Shown: piece after piece, positions 1 to 12,410 of the stretch
Layout: every line of letters starts with the position of its first letter
Numbering within the stretch: position 1 is the stretch's first letter
Origin: Macrostomum lignano
Taxonomy: Eukaryota
Length of the DNA stretch: 64,000 bases
NCBI GenBank assembly: GCA_002269645.1
Contig: NIVC01001126.1
Span: forward strand, 124,001 to 188,000
Direction of reading: 5' to 3'
The notes under the pieces: model-generated
Databases searched by the model: none
The model's input: only the letters and a program-made list of their open reading frames with translations
Told to the model about the DNA's origin: nothing
Made by a program: the position numbers and the translations under genes

Positions 1-1039
1 GTTAAGAAAGCAAATCGTGTTGGCTAAGTTACTTGAAAACCACAAAGGAGAGAAAAGCTGTTAGAAGCCAGAAAAAGGGGAAGTAAGCGGTCGGCTAGTT
101 GGGCAACTCCATCCCAGGATAGCCACTCTAGGACTTAAATTAGGAGTAGAAATTAGGACAGTATTCAATGAAATAGATCAGGGTTTGCCACTCGACACTG
201 CTACCAGGGCTACTTGTTTAATTTCAAGGAGTCCTTAAACTAATGTTCTGGAGTTAATGTTCTTAGAAACAGCAAATTACTGAAGTAGTATAATAAGGCA
301 ATAGAGATTTCAAACAACTTGGTGATTCAGTAGTGAAATTAAATAAATATAAAATACAAACCCCTAGAACAACTTGGTGTCAGCAATTGGGATAAAAGCA
401 TATAACTTTAATAGGAGCTGCGACAACTTGGTGGCATCAGTAAAATAATTCAAAGAATAGTTAAATAGCCCTCCAACAATATTTTTCATTTTTTAAGTAT
501 CTTATGATGAAATAAAAAATTATTTTTTTTAATATAAAGTTAAAATAACTTTATTTGGGTCACTAAAAAATTCAAACATTTTTAATAGTATTGTTTTTCT
601 ATACTTTTTTGTTACAACATTTTGAATACTTTTTCTAACATTAAGGATCTACTGTAGCCTTGTGTGCATATTATAAATCCCTTTCTCCCAGTCTACTAGT
701 CCATTGGCATGGTGCATGACCAAGATGGCCATACACTAAGATAGCCACAGCTTTGAATGGCTGCTTGGATAGGAATAGGTCTATATATTTCCTCATTTCC
801 TATTAGCTATGATTGGGGTGGGGTATGACCTAGCTTCAAGTCTCGGAGAAGACAGATTTCGTTAGTGAACTTAGATTAGTAAAACAAAAAAAACACTTCC
901 CTTTATAGTAAGTATTACTACCTACTAAAGCTAGTAGCTCTACTAGCACAAGACATTTGGTTTTTGAATCATGGATAATTGTTTCAAACCTATCTCAATA
1001 TACCAAAACTGATGTGTTGTTTGTATTAGAAAAATTGGA

Positions 1040-1440
1040 GTGCCCTCTTGTCTCTTATCTTTTCTCTCATCTCTGCACTCTTGTCTCTTATCTTTTCTCT
1101 CTCATCTCTGCCCTCTTGTCTCTAATCTTTTCTCTCTCTCATCTTTGCCCTCTCCTATATCATCTTTCTCTCTCTCATCTCTGCCCTCTCCTCTTATCTT
1201 TTCTCTCTTATCTCTGCCTTCTCATCTTATCTGTTCTCTCTCTCATCTCTGCCCTCTCCTCTCTTATCTCTGCCCTCTCCTCTCTCCTCTCCTCACCTTT
1301 CTCCTCTCCTTTCTCCTCACCTCTATCCTCTCCTCTCTCCTCACCTCTTTCCTCTCATCAACTCTCTTCTCCTTTATTCCTTTGCCTCTCCTTTATCCTA
1401 TGCTCATATTTCTCTTTTCTATTCCTTACCCTCTCTCCTC
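1040..1440. repeat. CT-rich low-complexity tract (degenerate ctctctcatctctgccctct-type units)
   Basis: Almost purely pyrimidine plus strand; the overlapping ORFs are L/S-rich shadows. Confidence 0.9.
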
Positions 1441-1949
1441 ACCTCTGGCCTGCTGTCATCAGGACTCCTCACTTCGCTTAGGGGCCCAACAAAGTGGACT
1501 CAGAAGGGAAGTCATGAGCTGCATGGGTTCTCAATTGAGGTAAAAAGTTTGCCGACCCCTGCACTAAAAGCACCTGGCTTAGTCACATTAGATAAAAAAT
1601 ATAGCGTATTTAAAGTTTGCTCATGTTGCCCCGTTGGATACCGCTTTTTGCTTATTTATGTACGCTTTCCATTATATTCAATCTATGTTGTGACTCCATG
1701 CTCGTGTGGCAATATTTTAATACTTAGGATTTGAGCTCGAAAATTAGGCCCATACAGTATGTGTTTATTCCCTATAAGTCAATATTATCTCGGAAACCAG
1801 AAAAATTTCTATGGGTCTGCTCCGCAAGAGGTCCTGCCCCGCTGTTTAAAATTTTGTAGAAACAATGGAAGTCTGGGACTGTTAAAATTAGCATATTTCA
1901 GTTTGATTTCTTGTGTTTGTTCAAACCTTGTAGGTCAGTGCGAAATTCT

Positions 1950-2309
1950 CTATTGTCTCTCCTCTATCATCTCATCACAATTTTCCGCTTGTGCTAGAAT
2001 CAGATGCACTGGTTCTGGATTTTCAGCAGGCAGAGGAACAGCCACTGATCTAGAATTCAGGGCTTGTACATGTACCACTGCAGCATCTGCAGCTTGAGAC
2101 ACTGCTAAGTTACCTGCAGGAGCCCATCTATTGCATTGATTGCAAAGCCAGAAAAACTCACCAACATTTCTCATTGCAGAATACTGATAGATTGTGACAC
2201 GACTATCACATGCATGGTGCTGCCAATTCAAGCATTGAGAACACTCAATTGCTTCTTGTCCATTGCAAACTGGCTGCAGACAGACCACACATGGATATGC
2301 CCCTGCCAT
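1950..2309 (-). pseudogene. PHD-finger ORF (119 aa), probably a transposon ORF1-type remnant
   Basis: C4HC3 pattern CVVC...CSQC-x4-H-x-HAC...WLCNQC; single short ORF in CpG-depleted context. This PHD style is common in CR1/L2 ORF1 and DNA transposon accessory ORFs. Confidence 0.6.
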
Positions 2310-2962
2310 TTTGTATCTAAGTGCTTACTGTTGTTGTCAGTGAATGAAACAGATGAATTTTGAACAGGGCATGAAATTTACCCAGTTTTTATCCCTTTAA
2401 ACAAGTAAATTAGTCTTGACCAATAAGAGAAACTGAAAAAAGCTACACCTGATTTTATATGAAGAAAAGATTTGTTTAATACCAAATATGTTTACACCTC
2501 TTAGGGGCCTACTATAAGTAGGAAATTAAGACTTTCCTACAAAAGCCATTTTTGTCTTTAGCCCTGCAAAATTTTGATCGCCTGTCTAAACCCCCCATTG
2601 CAACCCCACATCTCCCCACCCGAAGCTATCCAATAGTAAACCAGCTGTCATTTTCCATGATCCCCACCCCAGCTGTGGCCATCTTGGTCTTACACCATTG
2701 GCACACTAGGTAGATTTGATCCAATCCTCCTACATATAGCATACAGGGCAAAAATATTATTCTGTGCATGGTGTATACTTAGAACTATGGTTAGCTAACA
2801 AACTTTAAAACAAGTTATATAAAGGACAAATGTATTAAGCATTTTTTGTTTTTTATACCTAAACCTAGATTATACCATTGGCATACAACCTGGCATATAG
2901 CTTAGTATACAGAGATAGCCAAGATAACAGTTAGAACCAAGTTCTAAGTCCTAACTAATATA

Positions 2963-3745
2963 GGGCCATTCCATATAATTATGGTTGTAACATGACAGAC
3001 TATTTTTACTTATAAAATGAAATCTAATAATAGAATATACTAAACCAATATTTTGAATGAAAGATTATTTTGTCAAGAATATGTTTATAAAGTTTTATAT
3101 AGATATCATCATTAGTATAGATGCTATTAAACTTTGAATGGCACTTATGGTTGTAACAACAGGATTTTTGACATATAGAAACTAAAAGGTAAAAGTCTTA
3201 TAACATTTTTCATTTTTAATATTTTGCAAAAATTTTTTTTAAATTTGACTAAGAACATCTTAGAAGTCATACTCTTTTATTAGAATATATAAACTCAAAA
3301 AGGCAACAAAGATACAAAAGAAAAGGCAGCCTTATGGTCGTAACATTATGGTTGTAACATATTTTTTCTGTCAATTCAGTAACTTTGAAGTACTAATATA
3401 TTAAAAATATAATAAATTATATAGTTGCTAATGTTTTTATCTGATGATGCAAGTGCTATAATTTTATATATAGTTTGTTTTAACCTTCTAAAGCTTTCTA
3501 TTTGTTTTTAAAAGGTACATAAACTTAATGATGTCTTTTGCTTAGAAAATGTCCAATTTTTACAAAAATAACTTTGCCAATTGATAACATACTAATCCAA
3601 CATTTTATCATTTATTTATTCTTAGATTATATACATTACATACAAAAAAGATTTGGTAAAAAAATTGGCTGATAAGGCAATGACTAAGCAAAAATATTGA
3701 CTTTTTTCTATTTTCCAAATATGTCCATCTTATATGGAATGGGCC
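2963..3745. mobile_element. MITE, 783 bp, 16-bp TIRs, flanked by TATA on both sides
   Basis: GGGCCATTCCATATAA (2963-2978) vs TTATATGGAATGGGCC (3730-3745); four internal TTATGGT(T/C)GTAACA motifs; no coding capacity. Confidence 0.75.
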
Positions 3746-4904
3746 TATACATAGTAGAATATAAAAAATGGTTATAATAAAGTTGATTGAACCAACTAAG
3801 AAGAAAAAAGTTGAAGCAGTTTATGAACATTTAAAAAAGTAACTAGAAAAGAATGTCTATCACTGCGACACTGCTTATGTCTTGAAATAAATTCTTACAA
3901 GTCTTTTTTAAGATGTTACAATTTTAATATTATGTAGGTAAAAGCCTATAGAAGAGGCAAGTTGTAGATTTGTGCAGCAAAAAGTCACTTTAGCTTTTCA
4001 AAGTATGTTATATTATAAATTGCATTAGATATGCCCTCATGTATATGCATTTATATGTAGGAATTGTATGTTAAGTGTACCATTTATTATTTTTTTTACC
4101 AAAAGTTGAAAGATAAAGTATAAATGCTTTAGTCACTTTATGTTTCCTTAGACTAGCTCAAACTTGGTCTTTTGCTTAGTTTATAATAATTAGATAATTT
4201 TCTATGGCTTAAAAAGTTCTTGCACTCCTTTTAGCACTTTGTGTACTATATTGCAGACATAGACAAAGCTATAATAATTTCTGCATACCCAAGGACATTA
4301 CTCTGACCTTTCTCAATGCCCTTGTTATCCTTGTAGCTATTTCCAATTTTGGCACAAATTTGAGCTAAATGAGTGAAAACATATTTATGTATTATTGAAT
4401 GCTTAGTTTATTTCTTAGTTTATCTATTTTTACAATAATTATAAAAATGAAGTTATAGTGTATTTACCAACTTAATCTAGAATAAGTGTTACAATAGTAG
4501 GACATTATATGCTTTTAGAAAGAATTTAATTTTATAGCCAAGGATCAAATTGCATAAGGTCAAATACTGCTATAAGTGTTCACTGGGTTTAATGCAATGG
4601 ATTTAGAATTTTGGACAATGGATTTTTTATAATTTAAATATTTTTTTGAATTTCTAATTATACTAATATCATACTAGATAAAGAGATTATACTAGAATAG
4701 ATTTTAAATATATTTGAGTGTTAATACATGCTTATTCCAAAATTATAAAAAAGATATAATTAATATTTGATAATCTCAACTAATAGTAGTTAATAACTAC
4801 AACAATAATCATAACAAAAACTGACTTCAATTTACCAGTGTTATCATGATGATACTGATGTTAGTAGACAGTAGTTAATCTTGTAATATTCAATCAAATT
4901 TCAG

Positions 4905-5252
4905 GCTGGCCAACAAAATCCAGTCGAAGTGAACAACTTCGACAATAATAATTTAGCCAACAATAATGATGGCAATGCGGAGGTGCCCCAGCCAGAGGTC
5001 GGTCAGCAACAGCTGGGTGAATTAATTCACGTACTCCGCTGTCCCGCTTGCACATTCATGACTCTAGTGCCAGACACACTTCGGCTGCACTTATCAACTG
5101 GGCACGCTGAATTAGGCCACAAGCTGCGCTGCGTACTGTACAGATGCCCCGTGTGCGCCAGGTGTCTCACTACAGAACTCTGCATCCTATTGGAGCATAT
5201 TGAATTCTTTCATCCTGATAGGCTGCTTTCATTGACTCGTTGCAAGGCCTAA
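4905..5252 (+). CDS. Putative terminal exon encoding two C2H2-type zinc fingers; upstream exon(s) not identified
   Basis: Acceptor tttcag at 4899-4904 opens an in-frame read (AGQQNPVEVNN...); CPAC-x12-H-x4-H and CPVC-x13-H-x4-H; CpG is retained, unlike the flanks. Confidence 0.55.
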   Translation, partial: AGQQNPVEVNNFDNNNLANNNDGNAEVPQPEVGQQQLGELIHVLRCPACTFMTLVPDTLRLHLSTGHAELGHKLRCVLYRCPVCARCLTTELCILLEHIEFFHPDRLLSLTRCKA

Positions 5253-5492
5253 ATTAATCACTGATTCGAGAGTTGGAGAACATTTTAAAAGAGCAACATA
5301 TTCATTCTGTTCTACTGGCAGTAGAATGCTGAGAAAATTTGTGTATTATATTTGTGCACTCGTTAGAATGTAATTAATGTAGCTATTTTTGCATCTCTGA
5401 ATGCGTCATAGTTTAGTGTTTTATTTAAAAAGTGACTCTAAACTGTCTTATTTTCTTTTGCCATTCATTTATTAGCTTCCATCTCTGTACAA

Positions 5493-5902
5493 AGATACTA
5501 AAATAACTAGATGGGCCACTCAAGCATATATACATAGTAAACAGCTTTCTACTTTCAGTCCAGTAGCAAAGAAAAATGCATCAGCTATTTTATAAAAAGT
5601 TAAGGCAGCTTTGATAAGTTTAGAAGCCAAAGTTTGCAGGCGTACGCAAATTTATAATGGGTTCAGTAGTAATGTACATGGCCGCTTTAGGTTGGAATTC
5701 CGAAAGAAGGGCAATGAAAATTGGGGAGGGGTGGGGGTAGTGTGGAAAGGCGCGGTTGGAGTGTTTAAGCTGGAGGTAAAAGCCAATAAAATGAGCCTTG
5801 GCTTTATAATTACATTAAAATGCTTCTGTTTTACTTACTACTGAACTGAAAGTAGTTTACACGCAAATGTGCTGAGTGGCCCATCTAGTTATTCTAGTAT
5901 CT
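5493..5902. mobile_element. MITE-like element with about 90-bp imperfect inverted repeats
   Basis: agatactaaaataactagatgggccactca (5493-5522) vs tgagtggcccatctagttattctagtatct (5873-5902); arm similarity continues inward to about 5580 and 5820. Confidence 0.7.
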
Positions 5903-6616
5903 GTGTCTCTGTATCGCTGTGCGCGTTACTTAAAGCAAGTGTTACAACAGGTTTCTATTTTACAATCATGTTTAGCCACTTATTTTATTAAGACGAAATT
6001 CAATTTTAAAAGCAGTTTCAGCCAGTTTATTTGTACTTTTTCTCTGCTCGGGGACGTGGCATACCTTAAGTTTTTATGTTATAGTATTTCTCGCAATATT
6101 CTCGCTTGCATATAGTATCGGATAAAGTTATATTTAATAACATTTTTTGTCAGTTTAGTTTTTTTATTGTGTAATGCGTGATTCTGTCCATAGTTTCATT
6201 CATAGTGCGAGCTTTATTTCACTGCTTATTAAATTTATTATATAATGTTACTGTTGAAGCCACTACTACACAGAATCAGAAACACCCAGCATAACCGATC
6301 AAGGTTGTACGTGAAATGCTTATATTAATATTATATTAAATATTTTATCATACAGTTCTTATTGTCATCGATTGTAATGCGATTTGTGAGCCTCAGTTTT
6401 TAAAAATAATTTTTTTAATATTATATCCTAGGCTTTTGTGCTGTTCTTACAAACATTTGAGAAGAATTCAATGCTTAACTAAGTAAATATACCGTTCTTT
6501 AAAAAATTCTTATTTCTGTTTCCCATTTACTAACTTCAGTTAACTTTTGCCTGTTTCAATTCACGTGGTTTCTTCTTACTCGCTCTATAGCAAGGATAAC
6601 AGTTTGAAATTAAGGG

Positions 6617-7435
6617 GGTACATCTCACCCTACCAGTCCTCAGGTACATCTCACCCTACCAGTCCTCAGGTACATCTCACCCTACCAGTCCTCAGGTACA
6701 TCTCACCCTACCAGTCCTCAGGTACATCTCACCCTACCAGTCCTCAGGTACATCTCACCCTACCAGTCCTCAGGTACATCTCACCCTACCAGTCCTCAGG
6801 TACATCTCACCCTACCAGTCCTCAGGTACATCTCACCCTACCAGTCCTCAGGTACATCTCACCCTACCAGTCCTCAGGTACATCTCACCCTACCAGTCCT
6901 TAGGTACATCTCACCCTACCAGTCCTCAGGTACATCTCACCCTACCAGTCCTCAGGTAAATCTCACCCTCCCAGTCCTCAGGTAAATCTCACCCTCCCAG
7001 TCCTCAGGTAAATCTCACCCTACCAGTCCTTAGGTAAATCTCACCCTACCAGTCCTCAGGTACATCTCACCCTACCAGTCCTCAGGTAAATCTCACCCTT
7101 CCAGTCCTCATGTACATCTCACCCTATCCCAGTCCTCATGTACATCTCACCCTATCCCAGTCCTCAGGTACATCTCACCCTCCCAGTCCCCAATTGCACC
7201 CCTCACCCTCCCAGTCCCCAATTGCATCCCTCACCCTCCCAGTCCCCAAGTACATCCCTCACCCTATCCAGGTAACCCTGGTGCATCCCTCACCTTACTC
7301 AGTTAGCCCTGGTACATCCCTCACCTTACTCAGTTAGCCCTGGTACATCCCTCACCCTACCCAGGTAACCCTGGTGCATCCCTCACCTTACTCAGTTAGC
7401 CCTGGTACATCCCTCACCCTTTCCCAATCCTTAGG
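6617..7435. repeat. 26-bp minisatellite (ggtacatctcaccctaccagtcctca)n, degenerating toward the MTERF3 start
   Basis: Direct inspection; near-perfect to about 7150, diverged after. Confidence 0.95.
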
Positions 7436-7504
7436 TGCACGAAACTAATAAAAATGCAATGAGTATTATTAACTACAAATTCGATTATTGAATTAATCTT
7501 TGCC

Positions 7505-8956
7505 ATGCATCCTCCAGCTCTCTATCGGGCCAGCCTCCTACGTCTGGCCCCTCGCTCTGCCCAGGGAAGCCTGCAGTTATTCATCAGAAGATTCTGCAGT
7601 TTAATTTCTGACAAATCAGCTGGCAGTGATGAGGCATCAGTTGACTCCGTGGCTACAGCTGCAGCAGCAGTTTCGCTAGATAAAGTCGCTAGTTCGCTAG
7701 CTTCAACATCAACCGTGGCCCTGACAGCATCTGGTCGAGCTCAAACTCTGGCAGATTTGGCTAATTCCTCGTCCACTCTGTCACAACTGATGTCCATGGG
7801 CGTAGATTTAAGCCGAGCGGAGCGCTGCCCTGGAGCAGCGCCTCTGCTGCTGTCCTTGGATTACGAAACCGAATTTAAGCCCAGATTTCAACTGCTATTA
7901 GAATTTGGCTGCCTGCCAAGAGAGGCTGCTGATATTGTTAGCGCGTTTCCTAGCTTGTTAGCAACGCCTCTGCCGGTTATTAGAGATCGGCTGGACTATT
8001 TCCAACGGGCTGGATTCGTTCGAGCACCTGAGATGCTCAGTAGGCAGCCAACAATATTGTCAATGTCGCCTGAGTCAGTTGACTCTAGACTAGCTAGACT
8101 GCAGCGTCTCTATCTGTTTAGCAATGCCCAGCTGGTGTCCGCTAGTACGGAGTGTCCTAAAATTATCACCTTTCCTATGGAGCATTTGGCTGGCGTGAGA
8201 ACTTGTTTAGTTAAGGGATTGCAGCTGGGCGCTACTGCGGCTAGAAAGATGGCTGTACTGCATCCGCCTCTGATGGTAAGTTTGATTGATTTATTAGCAA
8301 AGAACATTATTGATTTTTTCTCTGAAATTCTTTGTGTCAAGTTTTATCTCGCCAGGTTTTTCTAGAATTTGATCCCACTGTTTAATTTCCCCATGTATCA
8401 TAGATTATCGCCAAATTTTATAAATTATTCCAATATATCATAAATTATCCTTATATATAAAATTAGCCATATATAAATATCCCATACATCATAGGTTATC
8501 CCCATATTTCATAAGTAATTCCAATCCCACATAACACGTTAGCAAACGTCATATACTTGTTACATTATCCCGAATTATAATACCTTTTTTTCTTTATAAC
8601 TATTTGATTAACTAATTAGTCTTGCTATCTCTAAATAATCCTATTCGCTATAATCTGTTCCCAATTCGCAGGTAAGCGAACAGACTCGCTTGTATCGCAA
8701 CTTCGCCCTGCTAACCTCGGTGTACAAGCTGCACCCGGACTTGATTGCCAGCAACCCTCTGGTGCTGGTTAAACAGCCTCAGCGAGTAGCGGCCCGTTTG
8801 AAGTTTCTAACAGAGCTCAACAGAGCTCAGTTTGATCCGCAGCTGCCGCTGTACACTTCGCTGACTAAAGCCGTGACTGGTTCCGATGCCGAGTTTTGCA
8901 ACCGGGTGGCTGACTGCTCGCCAGCTCGATACAGGGCTTTCCTCAAGACTCTGTAG
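7505..8956 (+). CDS. MTERF3: Mitochondrial transcription termination factor 3 (2 exons: 7505-8275, 8672-8956; 351 aa)
   Basis: gccATG start; Arg/Leu/Ser-rich mitochondrial-type N-terminus; mTERF repeats; donor ATG|gtaagt and acceptor cgcag| in phase 0; C-terminus RAQFDPQLPLYTSLTKAV...FCNRVA...YRAFLKTL matches the MTERF3 ending (RAQYDP...FEKFLKTL). Confidence 0.92.
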
Positions 8957-9124
8957 CCATGTTTGGGCCTGAGTTTACCTGCTAGCTATAGCGTATTAAA
9001 CTGACTTTTGATCTTTGCAAACTGTAATTTGGTACTGCAATCACTGCATTCAGTTAATTTTATTAAAAGGTAATAAATCAATCTCTTGCCGGAGGAATAA
9101 GTCCAGTCCTCGATTATAATGAAA

Positions 9125-10235
9125 ATGGCCTCGCCTCTCCTGGTGTCCTTGAGAATCGCCTCTCCTAGTGGCCTTGAGAATCGCTTCTCTCCGATGGCCC
9201 TGAGAATCGCCTCTCCCCGATGGCCTTGAGAATCGCCTCTCTCCCAATGGCCTCGAGAATTGCCTCTCTCCCGATGGCCTTGAGAATCGCCTCTCACCCA
9301 ATGGCCTCGGGAATTGCCTCACTCGGTGGCCTTGAGAATCGCCTCTCCCCGATGGCCTTGAGAATTGCCTCTCTCCCGATGGCCTTGAGAATCGCCTCTC
9401 TCCCGGTGGCCTTGAGAATTGCCTCTCTCCCGATGGCCTTGAGAATCGCCTCTCACCCAATTGCCTCGGGAATTGCCTCACTCGGTGGCCTTGAGAATCG
9501 CCTCTCCCCGATGGCCTTGAGAATTGCCTCTCTCCCGATGGCCTTGAGAATCGCCTCTCTCCCGGTGGCCTTGAGAATTGCCTCTCTCCCGATGGCCTTG
9601 AGAATCGCCTCTCTCCCGATGGCCTTGAGAATTGCCTCTCTCCCGATGGCCTTGAGAATTGCCTCACTCGATGGCCTTGAGAATTGCCTCACTCGGTGGC
9701 CTTGGGAATCGCCTCTCTCCCGGTGGCCTTGGGAATCGCCTCTCTCCCGGTGGCCTTGAGAATCGCCTCTCCCCGATGGCCTTGAGAATCGCCTCTCTTC
9801 CGATGGCCTTGAGAATTGCCTCACTCGTTGGTCTTGAGAATTGCCTCAGCCTCACTCGGTGGCCTTGAAAATTGTCTCACTCTGGTGGACTTTAGAAATG
9901 CCTCACTCGGTGGCCTTGAGAATTGCCTCACTCGTTGGCCTTGAGAATCGCCTCACTCCGTGGCCTTGAGAATCGCCTCTCCCCGATGGCCTTGAGAATC
10001 GCCTCACTCCGTGGCCTTGAGAATCGCCTCTCCCCGATGGCCTTGAGAATCGCCTCTCTTCCGATGGCCTTGAGAATTGCCTCACTCGGTGGCCTTGAGA
10101 ATCGCCTCACTCCGTGGCCTTGAGAATCGCCTCACTCCGTGGCCTTGAGAATCGCCTCCCCGATGGCCTTGAGAATCGCCTCTCCCGATGTCCTTGAGAA
10201 TCGCCTCTCTCTCTCGGCGATGGCCTTGAGGATCG
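9125..10235. repeat. About 23-27-bp minisatellite (tggccttgagaatcgcctctctcccga)n
   Basis: Direct inspection; explains the ORFs at 8986-10373. Confidence 0.95.
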
Positions 10236-10922
10236 CCCTTCCCCTAGATTCCTAGAATGACGATCGAGAGAGATTCTTCTGGTTAATTGGCCTTCAAAAT
10301 GACCCTGAAAAGCCCATAAAATTATTTTGAAAAACTGTGCAACCATCAATACCAAAATATTAGTCTGTGTCAAACTGCTGCACCTCTACCCGCTGTTATT
10401 GTGTCTCACCCAATGAAGTATGCTTTGCTTTTATAAACCATTGTTGTATTATCCATTGTTGGCTGAATTTAATTTTGCTGCAGATCGAAACAGTTTCACG
10501 CGCCAGTTGTTTGAAGCTTGTAGTGACAAAAATTGCACAGGTTACTATGGCTTTTCTGCGATCCAGTTTGAGCATAGGAACAAGCCCTAGGCATAGGCAT
10601 AGGGTGGGAGGCAATGCAGACAAAATCTGCCGCGTACTTTAGCACTAGAAGCGGCGGATGTGCCAACAAAGGCTGACAAATTTAATTAGTTCTTTTTCGT
10701 CAGCTTGGCGCTTTGATCTGTATAGATTTTATCTGTTGAAAATGCGCTTGAAAATAGTCGGAAATATTGAGGAACTGTGCCCAGTGTTCAAAAAGACAGA
10801 AAGTTTACATATGCTTTCTGTCAGTATGAGCCTAGAGCGAAAGGTCTAATTACAAAGCTATTTACCTGTGGAAGAAGAAATGTTGCACCCAGTATGCGCA
10901 ACAGTGAGATAGGGACTTTTAT

Positions 10923-11062
10923 TTTTTCAGCACAAAAATTGTTACTGCCTTCGATAAGAGGCAGACCTAATGTTCATCTTTTGATATGTTGTGCCTTTCT
11001 TATAGCTCTATAGATAGCTCTATAGAAAATATGAAAGCAATAACAATTTTTGTGCTGAAAAA
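10923..11062. repeat. Short palindromic (hairpin) element, family member 1
   Basis: tttttcagcacaaaaattgttactgc (10923-10948) vs gcaataacaatttttgtgctgaaaaa (11037-11062); related copy at 41807-41899. Confidence 0.75.
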
Positions 11063-11546
11063 TGAAAACTTGTTTATCTCCATAGCGTTTTTTTGCGGCG
11101 AAACCAGCTTCATAAACATTTTCTTCTAAGAAAAGTACTTTCCTGTCCTAGTTTAGTAGTCCTTGGTTATACATGTAAGCATGTAACTTGAAAAATTTCA
11201 CTCTAGTCGGAAATTCCGGCTTCAGTTCAAGACAACTACTACTAGTTGGTTAAGTTGGAACAGACTATATATTGCTTCATCCATGGAGGGGCTTTGGCCA
11301 TAGACAACTTTTTAACTTTTTATTGCTAGAACCAACGCCAGTAGGGTTCTGGCTGACCAATAGAAATTCATTTAAACTCGCAAATGTACTTGCAAAAGTT
11401 CATTACATATTTAGCTATTGGAATATTGTGTAAAGGCGAACAGTTGAAAATTTTACGCACTTGCGACAGAACCTTGACAGTTTTTTTGCTTATTTCATAT
11501 TACACCTAGTAGATTAATCTATTTAGCATAGCATGGAACTTCCGTT

Positions 11547-12410
11547 TATGCTAGTAACAGGCCCAGTTTGTGCTTAGTAAACAGACCCAGTTTGTGCTTA
11601 GTAAACAGACCCAGTTTGTGCTTAGTAAACAGACCCAGTTTGTGCTTAGTAAACAGACCCAGTTTATGCTTAGTAAACAGGCCCAGTTTGTGCTTAGTAA
11701 ACAGACCCAGTTTGTGCTTACTAAACAGACCCAGTTTGTGCTTAGTAAACAGACCCAGTTTGTGCTTAGTAAACAGACCCAGTTTGTGCTTAGTAAACAG
11801 ACCCAGTTTGTGCTTAGTAAACAGACCCAGTTTGTGCTTTGTAAACAGACCTAGTTTGTGCTTAGTAAACAGACCCAGTTTGTGCTTTGTAAACAGACCC
11901 AGTTTGTGCTTAGTAAACAGACCCATTTTATGCTTAGTAACAGGCCCAGTTTATGCTTAGTAAAAAGACCCATTTTATGCTTAGTAAACAGGCCTAGTTT
12001 ATGCTTAGTAACAGGTCCAGTTTATGCTTAGTAAACAGACCCAGTTTATGCTTAGTAAACAGACCCAGTTTGTGCTTAGTAAACAGACCCAGTTTATGCT
12101 TAGTAAACAGACCGGGTTTATGCTTAGTAACAGACCCAGTTTACGCTTAGTAACAGACCCAGTTTATGATTAGTAACAGATCCAGTTTATGATTAGTTAC
12201 AGACCCGGTTTATGTTTAGTAACAGACCCAGTTTATGTTTAGTAAACAGACCCAGTTTGCGCTTAGTAACAGACCCAGTCTATGCTTAGTAAACAGACCG
12301 AGTTTATGCTTAGTAAACAGACCCAGTTTACGCTTAGTAACTGGCCCAGTTTTTCACCCCAGTGGAGTGCATTTCACCCCAGTTTACGCTCAGTAAGTAT
12401 GCTTAATAAA
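11547..12410. repeat. 24-bp minisatellite (gcttagtaaacagacccagtttgt)n running into the glycerol kinase 5' end
   Basis: Direct inspection; 8-aa periodic ORFs. Confidence 0.95.

Noticed and set aside
1544-1561. hAT/Charlie-type terminus (reverse complement CAGGGGTCGGCAAAC)
   Set aside because: No partner TIR or TSD was found in the window.
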